A stretch of DNA of 53,219 bases from a virus (lineage: Duplodnaviria > Caudoviricetes). Shown in pieces: positions 36,590 to 45,512 of the stretch (the first letter of the stretch is position 1; each line of letters begins with the position of its first letter). Position numbers and translations under genes: made by a program. Under the pieces are notes generated by a model that saw only the letters and a list, made by a program, of their open reading frames with translations, did no database searches and was not told the DNA's origin. The stretch lies in the IMG/VR virus record IMGVR_UViG_3300021591_000002, positions 1-53,219 of that record. One strand, given 5' to 3'.

Positions 36590-37198
36590 ATGAGGAAGCG
36601 AGTAACTAGCGAGAACACGGGGGGCAAGCTCCTGGTTGGGTGTGCGCGGGGGCGCTGGATATGGCGTCCGTGGCGTTGGCCCGGCCTGCTGCTGGGCGTG
36701 CTAATCCGACTGTTTGGCGCGCTTAGTTGCGGACGGTTTGCGCCATATAGCCACATGTTTTTGTGGTATGGCTCAACGATATGGGAGGCTAGTAAGACAT
36801 GGCGGCGTGGGCACATAAGCGAGTACGACGATAAGTCGCTTGTGGTGGATGTGTACGAGATACTTCAGCCGAATGGAAAGCCGCTTGCGCAATGGCAGGT
36901 GCGCCGCGCGCTGGAAATGGCGGACGCGATGGTGGGGCAGCCGTATGACTGGTACCACCTTATACGCATGGCTGCATCAATGCTTGGTATTTTGCACGAT
37001 GATATCGACACATACATTCCAACGAAGCCCTTGTGCTCCGAAGGTGTGGCGCTTTGTTACTACGCCGCCGCCGTTGATATTCCGGGCGCTGCGGGCACCA
37101 AGCTCTGGACATTCGCGCCATGGCATATCTTGCGTCTGCTCAAGCGCAAACCGCCGATGGCAACGTTGCAGGGGAGGCTTTCGTTGGGCTTGAATTAA
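36590..37198 (+). CDS. permuted papain-like NlpC/P60 amidase (YiiX/YebB-like)
   Basis: YSH before G.PYD and CSE.VA..Y, i.e. His before Cys (permuted order). Confidence 0.8.
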   Translation: MRKRVTSENTGGKLLVGCARGRWIWRPWRWPGLLLGVLIRLFGALSCGRFAPYSHMFLWYGSTIWEASKTWRRGHISEYDDKSLVVDVYEILQPNGKPLAQWQVRRALEMADAMVGQPYDWYHLIRMAASMLGILHDDIDTYIPTKPLCSEGVALCYYAAAVDIPGAAGTKLWTFAPWHILRLLKRKPPMATLQGRLSLGLN

Positions 37199-37237
37199 CG
37201 CAACCACGTGGTATATTGGTTGTGATTGGAGGCGATA

Positions 37238-37588
37238 GTGAAGCGCTGCAAAGCATATTGGATGATTGGTCTAATTGCGGTAGCTGCCGCTTCATGCGCG
37301 CCGCGCCCGCCACGCGAATCGACAAAGGCCGTGCTAGCGATCCTGTCGCGGATGGTTGGCGGCGAGGTGCCGAGCATGGTAGCAGCGCAGGTGGCGGCCA
37401 TTGCGGAGGGACGAGAAGTCAAACCCGTCAAGATCACGCCCCAGAACCAGATAGTTTCGCCCGTTACAGGCAAGCTGTGCAGCTTTATCACTAAAGATGG
37501 CCTGACGCCGGCCGGTATTGCGGTGGTAAAGCTTCTGCTCGGAAGTGCCGCAGAGCCAGCGCCGGAGAGTACGCAGCATGGGAAATGA
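37238..37588 (+). CDS. predicted lipoprotein
   Basis: GGAGG RBS; basic N-terminus, hydrophobic stretch and lipobox-like AAAS-C. Confidence 0.6.
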   Translation: MKRCKAYWMIGLIAVAAASCAPRPPRESTKAVLAILSRMVGGEVPSMVAAQVAAIAEGREVKPVKITPQNQIVSPVTGKLCSFITKDGLTPAGIAVVKLLLGSAAEPAPESTQHGK

Positions 37589-37847
37589 ATGGCTTCAGCT
37601 TGGCGTTGCCATTGGTTCGGCGTTTTGCGGCGCGGTGATGGGCGCCGTTGGGGCGACACGACTACTCAACGGCAAGGTCGCCAAAACGAATGGCCACCCA
37701 TTGCCGGAATGCGCAGCAACCTTTGCAAGGCACGACGAGGCGATATCGAGCCTTCGCGGGTGGCTAGAACGAATGGAAGAGCGTTTAGGCAACATACACG
37801 ACGTGATCCTGGAAGTGCGTAACCACTTGAGGGAAAGGAGCAGGTGA
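37578..37847 (+). CDS. TM plus coiled-coil protein (holin/XhlA-like)
   Basis: N-terminal TM helix, C-terminal LER.E.RL coiled coil. Confidence 0.6.
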   Translation: MGNEWLQLGVAIGSAFCGAVMGAVGATRLLNGKVAKTNGHPLPECAATFARHDEAISSLRGWLERMEERLGNIHDVILEVRNHLRERSR

Positions 37848-37981
37848 TGGGACGCAACCGACCTGGCGTGCGGGACGGTACAGGCCCCTACAAGGGCAGC
37901 TGGCAGCGCCGACAGACGGGCAGCCGAGGCAAGCGCCAGCTGCGTGGCGAGAAGTGTCCGAAGCGCGGGAGGCGCGGCTGA
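37847..37981 (+). CDS. small basic protein with RDGTGP motif (DUF5320-like)
   Basis: MGRNRPGVRDGTGPYKGSW...CPKRGRRG*; TGATG coupling. Confidence 0.6.
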   Translation: MGRNRPGVRDGTGPYKGSWQRRQTGSRGKRQLRGEKCPKRGRRG

Positions 37982-38061
37982 CATGTGCGTCTTGGTGAAG
38001 CTGACGCGGCACGCGCGGGAGCATCTCGCGGCAACCGCACAGGACCAAAAGGAGAAGCGCG

Positions 38062-38247
38062 ATGAAATGGCTCGCAGGCAAAAAGACCTACATCACGATG
38101 GCTGCGGCGGTCCTGACCGCAATCGCCTCGCTCGCTAGCGGGGAGATCACCGTCGGCGAGTGCGTGGTGGCCATACTCGGCGCGCTCGGTGTGGCAAGCC
38201 TCCGTGCCGGCGTGGCCAAGGCGGAGAAGGCCGCGAAGAAGGAGTAG
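38062..38247 (+). CDS. small 2-TM holin-like protein
   Basis: GKKTYI..., LG...LRAGV pattern; AAGGAG RBS. Confidence 0.65.
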   Translation: MKWLAGKKTYITMAAAVLTAIASLASGEITVGECVVAILGALGVASLRAGVAKAEKAAKKE

Positions 38248-38250
38248 CGC

Positions 38251-38613
38251 ATGACGCTGAGCGCCGGCGACTTCAAGGTCAAGTGGGAAGCCGGCCGCCG
38301 GGGTGTTCAGTGGGCGGTCGTTACGCACGTGCCATCGGGTCGCACATTTCGCCTGAAGGCCGCGGCGTGTGTGACTCGCACCTGGCGATCTGAGGCAGAC
38401 AGGGATGCGTGGCTTCGCAAACACGCGCTCGCCTACTACAGCCGTATGACGCATGAAGAATTGCCTGACGGCATACGCGAAAGGCTCCTAGAGGAAGCCC
38501 GGCAGCGCCTGGAAGAGCTGAGGGCCGCCCGTGAGTTCTTCGAGGAGCTACGAGAGCGCTACCCGGAGTATTCGGACCGGATCCCTACTGTGACAATCAG
38601 CGGAGGTGAGTAG
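38251..38613 (+). CDS. hypothetical protein
   Basis: AAGGAG RBS; 120 aa. Confidence 0.7.
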   Translation: MTLSAGDFKVKWEAGRRGVQWAVVTHVPSGRTFRLKAAACVTRTWRSEADRDAWLRKHALAYYSRMTHEELPDGIRERLLEEARQRLEELRAAREFFEELRERYPEYSDRIPTVTISGGE

Positions 38614-40028
38614 TGGCAGACAAGGTTTTCGACAATCTCGGCAACGGCTCTGGCACGTGGGAAGACCCCACCGACTGGGACCCTGAAGGCGTCCCTGCCG
38701 ACGGCGACACCATCCGGATCAGCGCCGACTGTACCGTGAGTACAGATTACTCCGCGTTGACATTCTCGGACCTGGAGATTGACGCGGGCAAGACGTTGAC
38801 CGTCGCAAATGGCGGCGACATCCGCTTCGGTACCAATCCCGGTCACATTGCCGCCACAGGCAAGCTGCATATTGATACTGGCGGGAACATACGCTACACC
38901 GACACATACCTGGAAGTCGATGGCATCATCGAATTCGATGGCGGGGTATTCGAACTATACAGCACAGCTACGACAAGTACCTACATCTATATGCAGTATG
39001 ATAGTGCCATTACCGCGACGGCGAATGGCGGCACAGTACGGATGAACTGTGCGGCGGACGCAAAGTGTTATATCCGCGCCCGCACTGGTGGCGTAACCAT
39101 CGCTGGAAATCCGGCAGCGAGGCTCATCCTGGACTGCGGCAACGGGGTGGCCAAGGCGAATGGCATACAAGGATATGAGTCGTATTCAGCACCCGCGCAA
39201 CTCTCGCATCTTGAGATTCGGGATGCTTATATCGGCGTGAAGCTCGGCAGAACTAATTGTGCGACGATCACTGATTGCCTAATCCACGGATGTCAGTATT
39301 GTGGCCTGTTCTGTGACGGAGGCCCGGCATGTCTGGTGCGTGATTGCGTTATCTATGATTGCTATGTGGGCATGTATGGCCACTTCGCTTCTTGTCTGTC
39401 GGCCGTTAATATTGTGTTGGGCGAGACAGAAGACGAAACACCCGCGCCTAATGACTATGATGTCTCTGTAAAGTATATGGGCAACACCATGGTCTTTTAT
39501 AATTGCAAGTTTTCTAGCCCCGTGCCAGTTAGAATAGAGACGACGTACAATCAATGGAGCGGGCGACACTGCGGCATGATTTCAAATGCTCATGATCAGG
39601 ACAAGGAGGCCTTTAAGCGCTGGATAGGCCCGGGGCATACTCTTGAGAGCGAGTTTAGCATCACGCACGGAGGTAGCCGCCAGTCTTTAAAGATGACCAC
39701 AAGCAGTAAGGCGGGCGCTGATGAGCGGCGTCGCGCCGACTTCACCCTGGCCACATGGCCAGCCACCCACGGCGACACGCTGGATGTCAGCCTGTATGTT
39801 CGCGGCCAGGCGGGCGACAAGATCAAACTCATAGTTGATCCCGAAGGCCACTACGGCACCACGCAGAGTACAGAGCACACCCAGAGCGTTAGCGATGCGT
39901 GGGAGAAGGTCAGCGTGCCAACCTACACCGTGAACACCAACCCAGGCGAGAAGATGGGCATCCCAATCGTGGTGCGGTGCGAGGAGCCGTTAAAAACCTG
40001 GTATCTCGATACCCTGGAGGTCAACTGA
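38613..40028 (+). CDS. beta-helix (pectin-lyase-like) tail spike with C-terminal carbohydrate-binding-like domain
   Basis: G.W.D...W...GVP..GD N-terminus; I.DC.I..C..G repeats; G..SLK, VSLYVR and WYLD jelly-roll motifs. Confidence 0.7.
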   Translation: MADKVFDNLGNGSGTWEDPTDWDPEGVPADGDTIRISADCTVSTDYSALTFSDLEIDAGKTLTVANGGDIRFGTNPGHIAATGKLHIDTGGNIRYTDTYLEVDGIIEFDGGVFELYSTATTSTYIYMQYDSAITATANGGTVRMNCAADAKCYIRARTGGVTIAGNPAARLILDCGNGVAKANGIQGYESYSAPAQLSHLEIRDAYIGVKLGRTNCATITDCLIHGCQYCGLFCDGGPACLVRDCVIYDCYVGMYGHFASCLSAVNIVLGETEDETPAPNDYDVSVKYMGNTMVFYNCKFSSPVPVRIETTYNQWSGRHCGMISNAHDQDKEAFKRWIGPGHTLESEFSITHGGSRQSLKMTTSSKAGADERRRADFTLATWPATHGDTLDVSLYVRGQAGDKIKLIVDPEGHYGTTQSTEHTQSVSDAWEKVSVPTYTVNTNPGEKMGIPIVVRCEEPLKTWYLDTLEVN

Positions 40029-40219
40029 TGCCCACGCAGGTGACGTTTGACTATGGTGCCTATGACGGGCGGCCAGTGATCGACGAAACGCCGCAAGACA
40101 CGGAGAGTCTTGACTATGGCGCCTATGATGGCGTGCCGGTAGTCTATCCCCAAGAGACAGCCCCGCCGACGGGCGTCGCCCCGCAGTTCATGCACTACGC
40201 GCGCTTGAGGAGAGCGTGA
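40028..40219 (+). CDS. small protein with duplicated DYGAYDG.PV motif
   Basis: FDYGAYDGRPVI and LDYGAYDGVPVV; TGATG coupling. Confidence 0.7.
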   Translation: MPTQVTFDYGAYDGRPVIDETPQDTESLDYGAYDGVPVVYPQETAPPTGVAPQFMHYARLRRA

Positions 40220-40220
40220 G

Positions 40221-41855
40221 ATGCTCTTTCTGAAACAGAACACCGCAGCAACCATCATCATCGGCCCGATGGTTAGTGATAGCGATGGATACACGCCAGA
40301 GACCGGCCTTACCATCTCGCAGGCCGACGTGCGCCTGAGCAAGAATGGCGGAGCGTTCGCCCAGAAGAATGACAGCAACGCTTGCACACACATGGAGAAC
40401 GGCTACTACTCCTGTCAGCTCGACGCCACCGACACGAATACCCTGGGGCGGCTTGTGGTGGCGGTGAGCGAGAGCGGCGCGCTGCCGGTGTGGAAGGAGT
40501 TCATGGTCATCCCCGCCAACGTGTATGACAGCCTGGTGGGCGGCAGCGACAAGCTCCAGACCGACGCCGTGGAGATCAGCGGCAGCAGCGCGGCGGCCGA
40601 TGCCGTTGAAAGCAACATTGGCAATCTCGACGCCGCGGTCTCCGGTGTGAAGAACCAGACAGACAAGTTGACCTTCGACGCGAGCAACCGCGTGGCGGCC
40701 GACGCGCGGGCCATCAGCGCTTCGACAGCGGCGGCAGATGCGCTTGAGGCCAACATTAGCAATCTTGATGAGGCCAGTTCCACACTGCTCTCTGCGATCT
40801 TCAACATCGGCGTGGCGGCGGCCAGCGCGGCTAAGGTGGCCGAGGGCCGCGCCATCACCAGCGGCACCGAGACCGGCACCTACGAGAACACTTACGCGCT
40901 CGATGAAACCTACCACGTCATCACGGCGGACGGCGGTGAGATCGACCTCTACTATGACTTCACGCTCAGCGACGACTCGGTGCCCGTGGCGGCGCATGTC
41001 AAGGGCCGCCTCCACGAGGGCAGCACCCCTGGCGGCGGGGACAGCGTGGACATCTACGTCTATGACTGGACTACCAGCAGCTGGGAGCAAGTGGTCCCAC
41101 CGCTCGGCGGCTTCGTGGGCGTGGCCAACAGCGACAGCGATGACGATGAAGTCCGCGTGATTCCGCTCTTCCCGCGCCACAAGGACAGCTCCACGAACAA
41201 GGTCCGCGTGCGGTTCGCCGGTAGCTCCCTTGAGGCGAACACGGCGCTCTACGTTGATCAGATTTACCTGACCCACACGGCGGTCCTCTCCTACAGCGGC
41301 ATTGCAAGCTCCATCCTGGCGACGCCAGCCAACAAGCTGAAGACCGACAGCGACGGCTACGCGCAGGCCGACGCGGTGAAGATCAGCGGGAGCGAGGCTG
41401 CTGCGAACAGCGTAGAGGCGAATATTGGGAATCTTGACGTAGCTGTGTCTAGCCGCAGTACGTTCGATCCCAGCTCTGATAAAGTGGACGTTGGTAAGTG
41501 GGCGGGCGCGTCCGTAGCCACGGGTACAACTAGCGGGATGCCGAAGGTGGACATCCATGCCATCAACGACAATATAAGCGCCGCCGACACCCTTGAAAGC
41601 AACGTCAGCAATATGGACGCCAAGGTGTCCGAGATCAAGGCGCAGACCGATAAGCTTCGATTTGAAGACAACGACGTGAAGGCCACGCTTGATGGCGAGA
41701 AGGTGAATCTGAACGATAACCAGGCCACGGTAACCATCGGCACGGTCAACGCCCTGGGGAATCAAGCGAAGACGGACGTGAAGGGGCAATGCGGTCAAGC
41801 GCTGGGGGATTACGGCGCGGCAAAGGCATCTGATGTGCAGGTTATTGTGCCATGA
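40221..41855 (+). CDS. tail-fibre-like virion protein with four ~30-aa repeats
   Basis: Repeats D...IS.S..AAD..E.NI.NLD..VS; central beta-sandwich insert. Confidence 0.7.
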   Translation: MLFLKQNTAATIIIGPMVSDSDGYTPETGLTISQADVRLSKNGGAFAQKNDSNACTHMENGYYSCQLDATDTNTLGRLVVAVSESGALPVWKEFMVIPANVYDSLVGGSDKLQTDAVEISGSSAAADAVESNIGNLDAAVSGVKNQTDKLTFDASNRVAADARAISASTAAADALEANISNLDEASSTLLSAIFNIGVAAASAAKVAEGRAITSGTETGTYENTYALDETYHVITADGGEIDLYYDFTLSDDSVPVAAHVKGRLHEGSTPGGGDSVDIYVYDWTTSSWEQVVPPLGGFVGVANSDSDDDEVRVIPLFPRHKDSSTNKVRVRFAGSSLEANTALYVDQIYLTHTAVLSYSGIASSILATPANKLKTDSDGYAQADAVKISGSEAAANSVEANIGNLDVAVSSRSTFDPSSDKVDVGKWAGASVATGTTSGMPKVDIHAINDNISAADTLESNVSNMDAKVSEIKAQTDKLRFEDNDVKATLDGEKVNLNDNQATVTIGTVNALGNQAKTDVKGQCGQALGDYGAAKASDVQVIVP

Positions 41856-42688
41856 TTGTGTATCATCGGGCCTGCCAGCAATACAGCAACGGCGCCTGGT
41901 CTGCGCTGACGCCACTGTCTATCTCTGCCGAGACATTCACGCTTTCCGGCACGAGCATTGAATCCCTCTCCGCATCATATGATTCGTCTGCCGGGCGCTA
42001 TTATGTGCAAACCACGGATGTGCAGTATGTTAGCGGGCAAACATACGAGATTAGGTGGAGTGTAACGCTCGCGTCGGGGACATACGCAGTCTCTGATTAT
42101 TTTGTCCATCGGCAACCGTCTGGGGCAGGGAGCCCGCCAGAGGCGCCCACCGTCCGCGTACTGGAGACGCATGTCGGCTACGCTACTTTATATGTCGCGG
42201 AGCCAGCAGACCCCGACGATGATTATAGCCATTCGATTATATACGTCACAGGACGCGATGGCACCTTTGGTTCGTACACCGCCCTTCCCGGCGCGCATGT
42301 GCAAGTATTTGGCGCGGCGGGCGTGGAGCATTTTGCGACGGCCGTGGCAGTCGATTCTGAGGGTAACAAGAGTGCCCCATCGCCGGTGGTAACGTTTGTG
42401 CCGCTTCAGGAGGAGGACGATTCCGCCGGCGAGATGCCAATCACTGTCCGGTGGTATGTAGATGAAGAGGGAGAACATGCCTTTTCGCCGGGCTACATAA
42501 ATACGGGGAGGCACGGGATACAAACGATAGGTTCTACCCTCGCGCCTATAGCGCGTGGACGCGGACTGCGCGTCAGGCTTGAGTGTAGATATCCGGTGCA
42601 CCCCAAGGTCCGTAGGATAATGCTCATGTTTACCGCGCCGGTACGGCGTCCCCCGGAAGGCGTGCACACGAAGGCGAAAGAGCGATGA
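41852..42688 (+). CDS. virion protein with FN3-like domain and nozzle-like C-terminal segment
   Basis: PEAP...AVAVD..GN.S.PS FN3 motif; C-terminus ITVRWYVD...RGRGLRVRL...VRRI. Confidence 0.7.
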   Translation: MIVYHRACQQYSNGAWSALTPLSISAETFTLSGTSIESLSASYDSSAGRYYVQTTDVQYVSGQTYEIRWSVTLASGTYAVSDYFVHRQPSGAGSPPEAPTVRVLETHVGYATLYVAEPADPDDDYSHSIIYVTGRDGTFGSYTALPGAHVQVFGAAGVEHFATAVAVDSEGNKSAPSPVVTFVPLQEEDDSAGEMPITVRWYVDEEGEHAFSPGYINTGRHGIQTIGSTLAPIARGRGLRVRLECRYPVHPKVRRIMLMFTAPVRRPPEGVHTKAKER

Positions 42689-43905
42689 CCGTACAGGAAG
42701 CGCTCAAGGCCCTTGGTGGCTGGAGTCCTGATAGTTGGTGTTTAGAAGGAATGCCGCCCGAGACACGGGAGGCGCTGCGGGCGCTTTCGGGATTCCTTCA
42801 TAACATCTTGCCGCGGGCCATTCAGCAGGTCATAGACTCTACATTAGCTTCCAGCAGCGGGGACAGTCTCGATCAACTGGTCGGCGATGGTGCCTTTATA
42901 AAGGTGATAAGAAACCGGCAGGCTAATGACTTCGTGCCCGCCAAGGGGCTTCCTTCGTATCCCGGAAGCGGCATCATTGTGGCGCACGGTAACCCTGCGC
43001 CGTCGTGGGTCGGTGGCAACACGTCAACGCACATGCTTGGCAACGTGGCGGGTAAGTGCGTCGTCGGCGTGCGCGTAGATGATGCGGATCACGTGAAGGG
43101 CGTAGAGCTTGGCCCGCTGTCCAGCGCCAATGTGATCCCTGCCGTTGCGGTATCGGATTATGACAAGAATGCCGATCCGCCCACAGTATATGTGCAGCTG
43201 CTTCAAAGTTGGACGGGCACGCCTTACGGCGACACCAAGACGTGCGTGCTACCGTATGGCGGAAGCTTTTACCCCAATGTTCGGACGGGCGATATCATTG
43301 CGGTAACGGAAGATGGTGTTATAGAAGAATATGATCTCATAGCGCTTGCTGGGCATCTGGATCTTCATATTGGCGCTGTCATACACACGACGTTAACGGG
43401 CGATTTACGGGCGGGGTGGCAGCAATTTGCAGAAAGCCGATATCTTATCGGCTACCCCAAGTCTGGCCGTGATATGCTCAGCGAGGGCGGCTCCGAAACA
43501 CACACACATGAGCCGCATGACAAGTATATTTGGCAGCATTACCACACGGTCAGCGCCCACACGCACGCCATTAGTGGGTCCGACTTGTATTCTGCCCTTG
43601 CCCATGTGCATGACATGACGCACGCGCATGGGTATAATGGGTGGTCGCAAATCGATCCTATGGCATTTACGGGCACTGGCTTTGACTGGGTGATACATTG
43701 GAATTCCAACTATGACCCGCCCACCACGGATACGTACAATGGTGATACGGGCGACGCGAAGTGGAGTAGCGCAGGGGATATTTCCACAGGCAGCGGCGGA
43801 GGCGGAAACACATCAACATGGGAGCCGAGCGCGGACGTAGAACACAGCGAGGAGTCACACGAGTATCTGGACGTCGTGGTGCGCCACATAATGCGCGTTG
43901 ATTGA
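42685..43905 (+). CDS. tail fibre with HxH metal-binding motifs
   Basis: GW......RYLIG collar-like motif, GGSETHTH, then HYH, HTH, HVH, HAH; ends V..IMR. Confidence 0.75.
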   Translation: MTVQEALKALGGWSPDSWCLEGMPPETREALRALSGFLHNILPRAIQQVIDSTLASSSGDSLDQLVGDGAFIKVIRNRQANDFVPAKGLPSYPGSGIIVAHGNPAPSWVGGNTSTHMLGNVAGKCVVGVRVDDADHVKGVELGPLSSANVIPAVAVSDYDKNADPPTVYVQLLQSWTGTPYGDTKTCVLPYGGSFYPNVRTGDIIAVTEDGVIEEYDLIALAGHLDLHIGAVIHTTLTGDLRAGWQQFAESRYLIGYPKSGRDMLSEGGSETHTHEPHDKYIWQHYHTVSAHTHAISGSDLYSALAHVHDMTHAHGYNGWSQIDPMAFTGTGFDWVIHWNSNYDPPTTDTYNGDTGDAKWSSAGDISTGSGGGGNTSTWEPSADVEHSEESHEYLDVVVRHIMRVD

Positions 43906-44459
43906 TGCTGTACAGATGGGAGAAATACGAGCTTGTGGTGCTGTCCGCGCAGGCGCAACCATCATCGCATTATATAGTTGTGCCGGGCAACCGCTATATC
44001 TACGCGCGTATGCTATGCGAGGTCGCGCAAACAAGGAAAGATGGGCGCGTCATGGCTGTGATGCCAAGCGAGCGATCCGCGAAAAGGCTAGATAAGTGGC
44101 TTAAGCATGAAGACATACACTTGCGGAAGCTGGCCAACGTGCGGACGCTACCGCCAGATGCGTCCCTACGTGGGCACATTCAATACATTTATGGCAATAT
44201 TGAGGACGAGGTTGACAAGCTAGTACTGGGCGGTTATCCTAATTGTGGTTACTTGCTGTATGCCGGTAGCTATACGAGCTTTGTGGGTATGTACTGCGCG
44301 CTGGAACCGCTACTTGCGGCTGGCGCGGTCATAGTGCTGCCCGATATGCGAACGGATCGTGCTCGGGGCGCGATTGTGCGCGCGGCCGGCGTGCTCGGGC
44401 TTCCGTTGATATTCCTTGGGCAAGTGGCGCTTATGAATAGGGCGCGAAGATGGCGATAG
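43902..44459 (+). CDS. degenerate class I methyltransferase-fold protein
   Basis: C-terminal half aligns by eye with 33473..34051 (IQYIYGN...KLVLGG...LLYAGS...GAVIVLPD). Confidence 0.5.
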   Translation: MMLYRWEKYELVVLSAQAQPSSHYIVVPGNRYIYARMLCEVAQTRKDGRVMAVMPSERSAKRLDKWLKHEDIHLRKLANVRTLPPDASLRGHIQYIYGNIEDEVDKLVLGGYPNCGYLLYAGSYTSFVGMYCALEPLLAAGAVIVLPDMRTDRARGAIVRAAGVLGLPLIFLGQVALMNRARRWR

Positions 44460-45508
44460 AAGATTACCTTTCCGATTATTGGCAAAAGTGGCGCTCGTAC
44501 AGGCGTAAGTACGAGCCGCGCGCCGCCTCGTCCGGTGGCGTCCTTCCGCCGTTGCCGAGTGTTTCCACACAACAGCCGGCGACGCCAGGGCCACAGCCAC
44601 TTGTACCGGAGGCTGTGCCGAAGCCGCATTGGAGCGCACCAATATACCCTCCCCCGATTGATCCGCTTCTTGGGCAGCAATTATATCAGCCTAAATCGAT
44701 AACCCTTCTTCGCAAGCAACAGGCGGCCAGGGCCGGGGCACAGGCCGGCTCCCCGATTAATGTCAAGGATATCTATGATGTCCTTCCGCTGAATTTGTAC
44801 TGGTCCGACGTGGCGGCACAGCGCTACATGGAGGCCAAGCGAGAAGATACGCGTAACCAATTGATGCAGGCGCTGTTACAATCGCTATCTCCCGGTGCTT
44901 GGCGTCTTTCTGACGTTGGGTCGGCGTACTGGAAAGCGCAGGCCGATGAACGCCTGGCCCGGTTGAACACAATCGCGCAGACGCAAAAGCAACGAATCGA
45001 AGAGATGTATCGGTCCGGGCGTCTTAGCGCACCGGCTTACCGTCGGATGCTTGAGGAAATTGAGCTACGTAGAGCGCTAGAGGCGGGGCGCATCCAGGAG
45101 CAGCTCGCCGCAGAGCGTGAGCGTGCTGCAATGCAATGGGCGGCGCGTAGGACGCAAGGCTTGCTTGGTGCATACGGCGCTGTGCCGCGCGACAGATTGC
45201 GCTTGCCGTATCCGCCCGTCGCCGAGAAAGAACGCAAGATAAGGGACGTTGTACCGACCTTCTTGTCGCGCGGAAAGAAAAAGAAGAGTAAGGCGGAGTT
45301 GGCGGAAGAAATACAGGAAATGTTCCCTGGCGCTGAGAGCATCCGGGACCTGTCGATTGACGACTGGCAAAAGCTAGTCAATCGCTACCAGGGCGACCCC
45401 GAGGCCCAAATATATCTGCGCCAGCTATTCGAAAGATTGTATAAGGGCAAGCGCATGCAGCGCAACCCGCAGACAGGGCAATGGGAGCCAGAGGAATTAC
45501 CGGAGTAA
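44450..45508 (+). CDS. putative internal virion (ejection) protein
   Basis: Pro-rich N-terminus, Ala/Gln/Arg helices; position after tail genes. Confidence 0.6.
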   Translation: MAIEDYLSDYWQKWRSYRRKYEPRAASSGGVLPPLPSVSTQQPATPGPQPLVPEAVPKPHWSAPIYPPPIDPLLGQQLYQPKSITLLRKQQAARAGAQAGSPINVKDIYDVLPLNLYWSDVAAQRYMEAKREDTRNQLMQALLQSLSPGAWRLSDVGSAYWKAQADERLARLNTIAQTQKQRIEEMYRSGRLSAPAYRRMLEEIELRRALEAGRIQEQLAAERERAAMQWAARRTQGLLGAYGAVPRDRLRLPYPPVAEKERKIRDVVPTFLSRGKKKKSKAELAEEIQEMFPGAESIRDLSIDDWQKLVNRYQGDPEAQIYLRQLFERLYKGKRMQRNPQTGQWEPEELPE

Positions 45509-45512
45509 CGGC

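Noticed and set aside
38251-38613. AVVTHVPSG resembles the release-factor AVRITHxPTG motif
   Set aside because: No GGQ motif and no further similarity.
40188-41915. 575-aa minus-strand ORF (also 52034..53026)
   Set aside because: Antisense shadow of strongly codon-biased plus-strand structural genes.
42408-42436. AGGAGG plus ATG 42434 as an independent start for the nozzle-like C-terminal fragment
   Set aside because: The 17-nt spacing is too long and the motif is explained by Glu codons; kept only as part of the fusion hypothesis.
38613-43905. Diversity-generating retroelement or invertible tail-fibre cassette
   Set aside because: No reverse transcriptase, invertase, TR/VR pair or flanking inverted repeats seen.
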